Shown in pieces: positions 8,581-17,500 of a stretch of DNA of 35,464 nt. Source of the stretch: a virus (Duplodnaviria > Caudoviricetes); IMG/VR virus record IMGVR_UViG_3300042887_003088, positions 1 to 35,464 of that record. One strand, 5' to 3'. The notes beneath the pieces were generated by a model. It searched no databases. It was not told where the DNA came from and saw only the letters and a program-made list of their open reading frames with translations. A program made the translations under genes and the position numbers. How positions within the stretch are numbered: the first letter of the stretch is position 1; the number at the start of each line of letters is the position of its first letter.

Positions 8581-9210
8581 ATGACCGTGGTAATAAACAA
8601 TTTTTTCCCTGGAGAACTGCAACCCAGCACAATAATAGGAGGCTGTATTGCCATTTATGAAAATGCTTGGCCGAATCCAGAGAACACCATCAAGATGGTA
8701 GAAAATGCAGCTTCTGATTCAGATTCCGGGGTGCATTGGCAACGAGCGGAAACCACCCAGGACGGTCCACATCAAACCGCCAGAACAAATAAAATGATGG
8801 GCGTCACTCATCTAGCAGGAGTTACCAATAACGCTGTGTTACAAAATGTTCATAACCAGTTCTATATGTTATTGTTAGCGGCGTCAATTCCGTATGCCAA
8901 AAGATTTAATATCAAAGAAGGGCTATGGCACGAGCATTACCAAATGTTAAAATATGAGCAAGGTGAAGAATATAAAGGTCATTATGATGGCGGAACCCCA
9001 ATAGGAAGATCAATATCTTGCTTGTGCTATCTAAATGGCAATTTTGAAGGTGGCGAGTTAGAATTTCCTAATTTTCACGTGAAAATTAAACCTGAACCTG
9101 GAATGTTGGTTTTATTTCCGTCCAACTATGCGTATCTACACATTGCGCATCCAGTGACATCTGGCACAAAATACAGCATGGTAACGTGGATCAAGGATAG
9201 AGAAATATAA
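8581..9210 (+). CDS. Prolyl 4-hydroxylase-like 2OG-Fe(II) oxygenase
   Basis: LKY..GEEYKGHYD, RSISCLCYLN.NFEGGELEF, LFPSNYAYLH...PVTSGTKYSMVTW give HxD...H...K. Confidence 0.92.
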   Translation: MTVVINNFFPGELQPSTIIGGCIAIYENAWPNPENTIKMVENAASDSDSGVHWQRAETTQDGPHQTARTNKMMGVTHLAGVTNNAVLQNVHNQFYMLLLAASIPYAKRFNIKEGLWHEHYQMLKYEQGEEYKGHYDGGTPIGRSISCLCYLNGNFEGGELEFPNFHVKIKPEPGMLVLFPSNYAYLHIAHPVTSGTKYSMVTWIKDREI

Positions 9211-9211
9211 T

Positions 9212-9880
9212 ATGTATTTTCCTTCTTTGTGTGTAGATAATTTTTATAACAATCCAGATGTAATTAGAGATTTTGCGTTGTCATTGGAGTTTAAAGCAAC
9301 TACCGCGGTTCCGTGGCCGGGCAAAAGATCCCCGTCGCTGGACGCTGTAAATCCAATATTTTTTAAAAATTTCTGTGACAAATTATTTTGTTTATCCTTT
9401 GATTTCAAAAAAACCAACAGTGTTAAATGGGCAGTAGAAACATACTTTCAAATTGCAGAACCAGATCAATACTCATCAATCAACAAAGGCTGGATTCATT
9501 CAGACTATAAACCTTATGCAGGAGTTATATATCTTACTCCTGGTATTGATATGGATTGCGGGACATCGTTGTTTAAACCAAAAAACTCATTCGACATTCC
9601 TATAAATCTAGAAGAAAAACAAGATATGTTTTTGAACTTTGAAAAAAACAAAACTGATTTTTACTACGAAAAACTACAAGAAAACAACAGTCTATTTGAA
9701 GAAACTGTAAATTTTAAAAATATCTACAATAGAATTGTTGCTTATGACGGATTCCAGTATCACGGTGTAAATAAATTCACAGGGTATGATAACAGGCCTA
9801 GACTTACACAGGTATTTTTTATTCAAGAAGTAAGTTCTGACTATTTTCCTATTCCTGCATCGAGACAAATATTATTATGA
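9212..9880 (+). CDS. Putative 2OG-Fe(II) oxygenase (DUF6445-like)
   Basis: VDNFYNNPD.IR, WPGKRS, WIHSD, AGVIYL.P...GTSLF, YNR...YD...YHG and RLTQVFF. Confidence 0.8.
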   Translation: MYFPSLCVDNFYNNPDVIRDFALSLEFKATTAVPWPGKRSPSLDAVNPIFFKNFCDKLFCLSFDFKKTNSVKWAVETYFQIAEPDQYSSINKGWIHSDYKPYAGVIYLTPGIDMDCGTSLFKPKNSFDIPINLEEKQDMFLNFEKNKTDFYYEKLQENNSLFEETVNFKNIYNRIVAYDGFQYHGVNKFTGYDNRPRLTQVFFIQEVSSDYFPIPASRQILL

Positions 9881-10680
9881 AATTTCCATATTTTTTTATC
9901 AAACAAGAAGAAATAGTTTTAGACTGTTTTACTCATGTCCCACATGCCTATGACTACGCTAAAATTGACTGGGCCATGAAGTATGCGCCTGAGTGGTGGA
10001 AACAGTTGCCATCGAAAGTTCCAGACTCTGATCCTCCTTTGGTAACCTTAAAACATTGTAATGCAGTTATAGAATACTATAAAAAAGGCATAGCTATTCC
10101 TGCATGGTTTGAAATGGATATGATTGTAAATCCCATAGGATCTGAAAAAGAATGGGAATGGACTAGTTCTAACCAAGACGTTTCTACTAGCTCTAATCAT
10201 CCAGGTGTGCAATTTCCCGGCTTTGCTGGCCAGCATGGTCATAATATAAAACTTATTTCTCCTTGGGCAATCAAGACCAAAAAAGACATGAATTTTACTT
10301 GGACTGAGCCGTTATGGAATATGCAAAATACACATAAAGTGATATCAGTATTGCCTGGCCTAGTGAACTACAAATATACCCATGCCACCGAAATCAACCT
10401 ATTTGTAAAACAGACCAACGAACTACAAACTTGCACCATACTGCCGCTGACTCCACTGGCTATTATGCACCCTATGACTGAAAAAAAGATCAAAATTGTG
10501 CAACATTTGGTTACGCTACCTGAATATCAACGAGTATTTGGCATTGATAAATTTGTGATGAAAAGAGATGAATATCGTGATTCTACTCTGCTTTATAATA
10601 ACAAAAAAAGACTGCATGAAAAAATAGAACAGCAAGGACAAGGGTGTCCTTTTCACCAAGGAAAACATAATGGAAAATAA
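9877..10680 (+). CDS. Hypothetical phage protein, possible beta-clip fold; paralog of 47..775
   Basis: PEWWKQLP, TLKHC, GIAIPAW, IKLISPW, LPGLV, TPLA and a C-terminal GCPFH. It is coupled to its neighbours by overlapping start/stop codons. Confidence 0.65.
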   Translation: MKFPYFFIKQEEIVLDCFTHVPHAYDYAKIDWAMKYAPEWWKQLPSKVPDSDPPLVTLKHCNAVIEYYKKGIAIPAWFEMDMIVNPIGSEKEWEWTSSNQDVSTSSNHPGVQFPGFAGQHGHNIKLISPWAIKTKKDMNFTWTEPLWNMQNTHKVISVLPGLVNYKYTHATEINLFVKQTNELQTCTILPLTPLAIMHPMTEKKIKIVQHLVTLPEYQRVFGIDKFVMKRDEYRDSTLLYNNKKRLHEKIEQQGQGCPFHQGKHNGK

Positions 10681-11347
10681 AGATTTTTTTGAAAAAAACA
10701 AATACCTAATACTTAGATCTGCTATTTCTACAGAACTAAGAGATTTTGTTACGCAATATGCACTGTTTGACGAAATGCAGAATTTTACTCCGGAAAAGGC
10801 CTTTGTAGGAAGTGGTGCACCGTGTCCCGAAGCTCATTCAAAATACTGCGATCCTGCAATGGAAAGTATGTTGTTATACCTTCACCCTGTTATGGAACAA
10901 GCAGTGGGGTTTTCTTTGTTTCCAACTTATTGTTATTATAGAATTTATAGAAACGATGATAAAATGCCTCCCCATATAGATAGGCCTAGTTGTGAAATTT
11001 CTGCAACTGTGTGTTTAAATTTTAATTACAACGTTGATAACGTTTGGTCAATATATTTAGACGGCAATCAAGTTGATCTGCTACCTGGTGACCTAGCAAT
11101 TTATCGAGGCTGTGAAGTCCCTCATTGGAGAGAACCGTTTGACCGAGGTCAAGATGCTTGGCAAGTACAGGCGTTCTTTCATTATGTAGATGTTCACGGA
11201 CCAAATGCAGAATGGAAATGGGACAAACGACCTTCTCTAGGCGTGATGGGTTCGGGCCCTAATATTGAACGGCTAAAAGAGTATAACGCATCTACTAAGC
11301 CTAGTAATGCTATGGCTGAGAAATCCTATATTCAATACACCAAATGA
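10670..11347 (+). CDS. Phage 2OG-Fe(II) oxygenase
   Basis: PTY.YYRIY, HIDRPSCEISATV, L.PGDL.IYRGC...HWR and QAFFHYV. Confidence 0.88.
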   Translation: MENKDFFEKNKYLILRSAISTELRDFVTQYALFDEMQNFTPEKAFVGSGAPCPEAHSKYCDPAMESMLLYLHPVMEQAVGFSLFPTYCYYRIYRNDDKMPPHIDRPSCEISATVCLNFNYNVDNVWSIYLDGNQVDLLPGDLAIYRGCEVPHWREPFDRGQDAWQVQAFFHYVDVHGPNAEWKWDKRPSLGVMGSGPNIERLKEYNASTKPSNAMAEKSYIQYTK

Positions 11348-11943
11348 TAGACGCTTGGTTTCCCACACTGATATATAATGATCAATTGGATTTCCCCCAT
11401 AATCAGCATCTTGTAAACAAAGCCAAGACTATATATTCTCAAACTCAAGGCCATACTGTTACCAAGTGGGCCTGTGATACCTACAATACTGTGGGATTTT
11501 ATGATTATAAATCTGATCAAGACACTGCGGTTCTATCCTTGATCGAACTGCTTCGAATCAAGGTACACGAATTTGGTAAAAGCTACGGTATTAATCTTCC
11601 TATCGAATATCTTCACTGCAAAGACTTTTGGTTTAATCTTGCAGAGCCGGGAGCCTATCAAGAATACCATCAACACACTCGATCTCATTTCAGTGTTAGT
11701 TACTATCTAGCTGTGGGAGAAAACTGTGGGAAAATTCGATTTAGAAGCATAGAAGCCATGACTGACATGTATACTCTTCCGGTAGAAGGCAATCTTGAAA
11801 ATTTTGCTAGTAGAAAAACTTGTGCATATGAACCAGTAGAAGATTTGCTTTTGATATTTAGATCTAATGTTCCACACATGGTGGAAAAAAATTACAGTGA
11901 AGATCTCAGGATCAGCATTAGCGCAAACTTTGAATATGCCTAG
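11344..11943 (+). CDS. 2OG-Fe(II) oxygenase, TIGR02466 family
   Basis: WFPTLIY, WFN...G.YQEYHQH..SHFS..YY, LLIFRS.VPHMV and RISISANF. Confidence 0.88.
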   Translation: MIDAWFPTLIYNDQLDFPHNQHLVNKAKTIYSQTQGHTVTKWACDTYNTVGFYDYKSDQDTAVLSLIELLRIKVHEFGKSYGINLPIEYLHCKDFWFNLAEPGAYQEYHQHTRSHFSVSYYLAVGENCGKIRFRSIEAMTDMYTLPVEGNLENFASRKTCAYEPVEDLLLIFRSNVPHMVEKNYSEDLRISISANFEYA

Positions 11944-11950
11944 GCCGGAG

Positions 11951-12379
11951 TCAGTCAGACAATATGATATTGCCTTGCTGTTTGGCACCACCAGGTTGGT
12001 ACAACCACAGATCTTTATCGTCTACCCAGGTTTCTCTTACAGGAACTATTAGACCTAGTTCTTTAGCTCTGTGATATGCGGCTTTCATGGAACCTGGGCC
12101 GTAAAAACATTCAATATTGCCAGGTTTTGCCTGTATCCATTTTCCTGTGACAATATAAAATTCAGCATAGGGCAGATATGCAGCATATAACCCTATGCCT
12201 CCAGATTTGTAGCAAATCTGTTCCCAGATTTCTACATCTTCAACCCTCATTTCTCTATCATATTTCCAATTTACAGTTGGTGGCGCATATGGAACATCAT
12301 GATCCATCCAATTTTCATTAAACAGTTCATCTTCCCAAGGCGCTGTAAATATATCTCGATTAGTTTTAAAAAACGCCAT
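11951..12379 (-). CDS. Hypothetical protein, paralog of 8173..8517
   Basis: Shares the WE.I....G.IG.YAA..PY.EFY motif. Its start overlaps the stop of the Gly-rich gene. Confidence 0.8.
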   Translation of the reverse strand: MAFFKTNRDIFTAPWEDELFNENWMDHDVPYAPPTVNWKYDREMRVEDVEIWEQICYKSGGIGLYAAYLPYAEFYIVTGKWIQAKPGNIECFYGPGSMKAAYHRAKELGLIVPVRETWVDDKDLWLYQPGGAKQQGNIILSD

Positions 12380-13323
12380 TAGCTAGGATACCTTACTACA
12401 ACAAAGCCACTAGCGCCATAGCCGCCGCCAGCGCCCCATCCAATATTTGGAGCCCAGTATGAGCCGGCACCGCCGCCTGACCCAGAATTGGGAGAATATG
12501 CATGAGTAACACCCCATCCTCCGCGAGGATCTTGACTGTATGAATAGTAGCTGTAGCCCCAATTTGGGCAGCTGCCGTGGCCCCGGCCGCCGCCGCTGGC
12601 TCCGTCGCCGCCTGGCTCTGAACTATTACCACCACCACCACCACCACCTGCTCGGGCTATACTAGAACCTGTGATCGAACTGCTGGTACCAAGTCCGCCT
12701 TGCTGATTTTGACCCGATTGGGACGATCCGCCGCCACCGCCACCAGTCCATGTATAATTGTACGGACTACCTGGATTACCTTGGCCTCCTGTGCCACTTC
12801 CTGCACCATATCCATAAGCTGATCCGCCGCCACTGCCGCCGTATTGTCCTGGACTGCCGTGGTAGTAGCCGCCGCCGCCTCCATAGACGCCTTGGATTGG
12901 GCCAAAATTACTAGATGCGCCAGTTGTAGTGCCATTGTAAGGATATGGGCCTGCGCCGGCACCCACAGTCACTGGGGTACTGCTACTAATCGGTGTGCTG
13001 CCAGTAAGATATCCTCCTGCTCCGCCACCACCATTGCCGTTGGTGCTGTACCCCATTCCGCCACTGCCGCCGCCGCCAATTACTAGATACTCTACAGTTG
13101 CTGATGTAGCTGCTGTTACAACTAAATTTGACATTGAATCTTTATATTTTTCTTTGACTTTGACTTTTAGCTCATGGTCACCTACAGTGGTAAACAAGTG
13201 GATGGTATATCCTCCGGCGGTGTATACTTTATCCCCACCGGTGATTTCGTAGATAGATTCCGAAATTGCTTTTTCGGGCTGTTGAACATTTGATTGACTT
13301 CTTATTGTGCTGATAAAAGGCAT
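12379..13323 (-). CDS. Glycine-rich virion protein (fibre tip/adhesin-like)
   Basis: ITGG...GGYTIHLFT, VEYLVIGGGGSGG, GGGGAGG, VTVGAGA and a C-terminal GASGFVVVRYP, the typical phage Gly-rich domain. A GGAGA RBS is present. Confidence 0.8.
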   Translation of the reverse strand: MPFISTIRSQSNVQQPEKAISESIYEITGGDKVYTAGGYTIHLFTTVGDHELKVKVKEKYKDSMSNLVVTAATSATVEYLVIGGGGSGGMGYSTNGNGGGGAGGYLTGSTPISSSTPVTVGAGAGPYPYNGTTTGASSNFGPIQGVYGGGGGYYHGSPGQYGGSGGGSAYGYGAGSGTGGQGNPGSPYNYTWTGGGGGGSSQSGQNQQGGLGTSSSITGSSIARAGGGGGGGNSSEPGGDGASGGGRGHGSCPNWGYSYYSYSQDPRGGWGVTHAYSPNSGSGGGAGSYWAPNIGWGAGGGYGASGFVVVRYPS

Positions 13324-13341
13324 ATATTTCTCCGTTTTTTG

Positions 13342-14244
13342 TTATGGACTGAACGTAAAGCTGCCGGTTGAAGTAAACTGATGCAGTCTGTATCCACTAG
13401 GCGTAGTAACTGTGCCGCCTGTGGCTGCGAACCCTGTTGCTGCCGGGGCTCCATGTATTACCAACCAAGTGTCTGTGCTGCGTTTTCTACACATTAATTC
13501 TTCAGATGCATACATTGCTCCCGAAGCAGTATTACCTGTAAGAGTGACTCCACTACCTGCTGTGAGAGCCACACTGCCCGTGTTGACTCTAGCTATGCTG
13601 ATTGTTGTACCTATGGGAAACGCCACACTGCTATTGGGAGGTATAGTTATAGTTGCTGAGCCGGTGTTGTCCATAGTAACAACTTTTCCGGCGTCTGACA
13701 ATACACAAGTATAACTGCTTGTTTGCACATTTTCTACTTCTAAACTTGTGGCCAGTCCTGCTACTGTTAGCTGTGTGACAGTTAACGTGCCTGTGCTGGG
13801 TTGAAAAGTTAATTTTGAAGAACTACGTCTTACCGCAGTAATTGTAGTGTCTGAAGTAGCTGTGGTCAACGTCACGAAGTGAGAGGCAGCATCAGAAGTA
13901 TTATCTGTTAAAGATAATCCAGCAGTGGCCCAACTTAATGTACCTGTTCCGTTGGTTGATAACAACTGGGTATTTGTGCCGTCTGTGGCAGGCAGTGTCC
14001 AGGTCACGTTGGAAGACACTGTTGCTGGAGCTTGAAAAGCCACCCAGTTTGAACTATCTGCATCTGCGAATCTTAAATCGCCCTGACTCTGTAGCTGTGC
14101 ATCACCGGCCACTTTGAATATACCAGTGCCGGCAGGATCTATGGTAATGTCCAGATCGTCAGCAGCAGTTAGAGTGGTGTTATCTATATTAAAACCACCA
14201 ACTCCTGAGCCGCCTGCTGTTCCTGCTGTATGTTTTCTACCCAT
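13342..14244 (-). CDS. Tail-fibre-like virion protein
   Basis: 'TWTLPATDGTNTQLLSTNGTGTLSW', 'YTCVLSDAGKVV...TITIPPNSSVAFPIGT' and a C-terminal 'ATGGTVTT..GYRLHQFTSTGSFT'. An AGGAG RBS is present. Confidence 0.8.
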   Translation of the reverse strand: MGRKHTAGTAGGSGVGGFNIDNTTLTAADDLDITIDPAGTGIFKVAGDAQLQSQGDLRFADADSSNWVAFQAPATVSSNVTWTLPATDGTNTQLLSTNGTGTLSWATAGLSLTDNTSDAASHFVTLTTATSDTTITAVRRSSSKLTFQPSTGTLTVTQLTVAGLATSLEVENVQTSSYTCVLSDAGKVVTMDNTGSATITIPPNSSVAFPIGTTISIARVNTGSVALTAGSGVTLTGNTASGAMYASEELMCRKRSTDTWLVIHGAPAATGFAATGGTVTTPSGYRLHQFTSTGSFTFSP

Positions 14245-14257
14245 GGTATTCTCCTAG

Positions 14258-14578
14258 TTACGCTGTTGCGGTTTCGATGCCATAGGCCACTACGTTAACC
14301 CCAGTAGCACTGGAACGTACCACTAGTAATTTTCCAGCGTCCATGACGATACCTGTGCGTTCTAGCACACCTTTGGGGGATAGACTCACGTCATATTCCA
14401 GCCATTCTGCGTCTGTTGGTGAAGCAGAACTTGCTAGTGCTATTCGTATCAGTGCTGCACTTGCGCCACGATTTACCACACTGACTGTTGCCACTGTGAA
14501 TGTTGTAGCAGGCACTGTATACACTGTTGTCAGTGTTACTGCTGCAAGATCTGCTGTTCCTAGTCTTCCTGTTGCCAT
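14258..14578 (-). CDS. Small beta-rich virion protein (adaptor-like), paralog of 28481..28813 and 31654..32004
   Basis: 106 aa with the pattern T.VYT.P...TV..V.V.N...L.P...L.....L..G..L.V. A GGAGA RBS is present. Confidence 0.7.
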   Translation of the reverse strand: MATGRLGTADLAAVTLTTVYTVPATTFTVATVSVVNRGASAALIRIALASSASPTDAEWLEYDVSLSPKGVLERTGIVMDAGKLLVVRSSATGVNVVAYGIETATA

Positions 14579-14598
14579 AATTTATTTCTCCGTTTTAT

Positions 14599-17500
14599 TT
14601 AGTTCAAAAAGTAATTGAATGCTAAAGGTATTCCTATAACACCGCCTCTAAATTCAAAAACTGCATTCATTTTAATTGGACCTGCTGTAGTAGTAGTGAT
14701 AACGTTTGAACTAATAAACACACTACCTGCTGTAATAGAGTTTACGTTTAAACTTGCGCCACCACCACCAATTTGACCAGCAATATAAGCCTTAATAGCT
14801 CGCTGTGTAGGTACTATATTGTCCGAATCTGCTGTAAAGAACGGATCTGTGGAGAATTCAGTGATTGTTGCTGATCCGCCACCTAGTGTCACATTACCCA
14901 AATTAAGTTCTTGTAGTCCCGAAATATTAAATGCATCTGCATTCAGTGTAGCAATACCAGTTGACTGTTCAATAGCAAACAAATCACCAACACGGAAGTT
15001 ACCGTCTTGGTCAGTTGATGTAAAGAACACCCTGCCTCCTCCATTATCCACTGCTTCGTTGGCAGCAATAACGGGTTGGGTGCTCAACCCTGGATAATTG
15101 GTTTCTTCAAAGTTTCCTGTGCCTATGTCCAGAAAATCGTGTCCAGTCAATCGAACCTGGCTGTATCTAATCCTGGTTTCGACACTGACTCCGTCTGTTG
15201 GTGCTTCTGATCTTGTTAGTTGTGGGCTGATTTGGAAGAATGCTGTGTAAGCACCTGCGTTTTCTCCCAAGAAGGTGATCACGTTGACCAATTTGAAAGT
15301 TCTGTCAGGTAAATGACTGAACACCACGTTGGCGCCTGGCACTGGTTGAACGCTGATTCTTCTCACGGCTACAAACGATCCTGGCTGGAATAGATTGGAA
15401 TAACCATCACCCAGGTCTACTTCTCCACTGCCTGTGACGTAACTTGCACCTCTGTTTACAAAACTTGGATTGGCCAGCACTCCACTGCCTGTTCTCACGG
15501 TTACGGGAGATTCAAATGTGTTGTTGGGATCAGTGAATGTAATAGTTGGTGCTGTGGCATAGCCCGATCCAGGTTCTGTGATATTAACTTGGAACAGTTT
15601 GTCAGCAGCCACTTTAGCACGACCTCTAGCGGTAGCGCCTGTTCTAATATAAGTAGCTACTGTTGTAGGACCGCCGCCGCCAACTCCTACGAACAAGCCG
15701 TATCTATTTCTGTTACCAAAAGTGATTGCGTTGAAACCGTTGGCTGCTGTAGATGTGGCTCTTAGAGTCCAAGTAACACCATCTGGCGATGTTGCCGCTG
15801 TTGTGGTTGTACTCACAGCAAGGAATACTCCTTGACCGTAGGTAACTTTGTACCAATCTGCTGTGGCTGGCAGTGTGCTGGCAGCCCAAGTTATACCATC
15901 TAAACTATAAGCTGCAATTGCGCCGTTGGTGCTTGAAATAACAACAAATCTGTTGTTACCGTAGGCAATGCTTTCCCAGTTTGACGAACTTGGCAATGCA
16001 CCTGCAGTCCATGTTCCTGTAACACCTGTTGAGGTAGCATGATTGGCTATTGAGCCACCTCTCTGTATGGCCACAAATCTGTTTTTACCGTAGGCAATAG
16101 CTGTGAAGCCGGTAGTGGTTAGTGTGCCTGTTTGATCCCAGACTTCACCGTCGTTACTGATTCTCACTGTGGTTACATCATCGCTGATAGCTACAAATTT
16201 TTGTTTGCCGAAGGCCACATCAACCCATATAGCAGAAGTCTGCATGTTGGTTGCTGACCAAGTGATACCGTCATCGCTGTAAGCACCTGTGGTGTTGGCG
16301 ACGGTGCCAGCCACCGCTACAAATTTGCTGACTTTGCCCACTGAAGAACTGTCGTCAAAAAGACCTGCAGCCATTGCAGACCAGTTTGCTGCGCTTGGCA
16401 TCAAGCTAGTTTGTGAAGTCCAATTAACGCCATCTTCTGATGTTGCACCAGCGGTAACTCCATTGCGTAGAGCAACATATCTGCCACCTATGCCGTAACC
16501 TGAGTGATCAAAATCTAAGATAGCACCTGTGGTAGAATTCACTGCGGTGATTGTGATCACTAGATCATTGGCAGTTGTGGTGCCGCCTAGGCTGGTGCCT
16601 AGTATGGTTATGGTTTGTAATCTAGCATAACCTGTTCCGGCACCCTGAATAGATGGTATATATTTCCATCCATTACGTATCACTGTGAAAGTGGCTCCTA
16701 CACCTGATCCAGCATAAGTGCCTGTGACTGTGGTATACACAGCAGCAGTTTCACCGTATTTCACTGCGGTCCATGTGCCTGAAGTTGGCAGAGTGGCAGC
16801 TGTGCTGGCGTATCCAGGTGCTGAGAATGTCACTCTAGGTTCAATGACATAGGTAGTAGAAGCATCTGGATTAACTATGGTAGTTCCTGCTATCAAATGA
16901 TCAAATCCTGCTACACCGTCTGATTCTTTGACCAGTCCTGCCACTTTTGTACCTGAATTATAAGTGGTAATTATACCAAACTGTCCCGCACCTGCACCTC
17001 CTGTGAGCACAACTTTCATGCCTATATAGGCAGTGCTGGATTCGCCGTCTGTGGCAGCTATGGTTATACTAGTTGATGTTCCACCTTGAGCAGTGTTGGC
17101 AGCAGTCTTATAACCAAATCCGCCAAGATTTCCTTCTGCTTCTGGAGCATTTGTGCTGTCGTCAACCAGGTCCAACATGCGAACTTCAAACACAGCATCG
17201 TCACGGAATTCATCAGCTTCAACAATGGCTCCACTACCGCCACCAGTTAGCGTGTAAGTTACTTCAGTATAGTCAATACCTGCGTTGGTAAATTCTAATT
17301 GTGTTAGTGCTGATCCGTCAGTGATGACTCGATCAATCTCTGCATCAAATTGCAGGCGGTTATCAACTATGGCTGTGCCGGCAGTTTCAGTGTCGTCGAA
17401 ACCTTCTGCTACAGAACCAAAATCTCCGTATGAGTTGTTGCCGTTAGTTGCTCTGATTCGGCCGCCTGCTTCAGCTAGGTATGCTATGTGTGCATAGTAT

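Noticed and set aside
12396-13252. Alternative-frame ORFs and ccgccg/ccacca runs in the Gly-rich gene
   Set aside because: These are by-products of Gly codon runs. The main frame is intact, so no frameshift or microsatellite function is needed to explain them.
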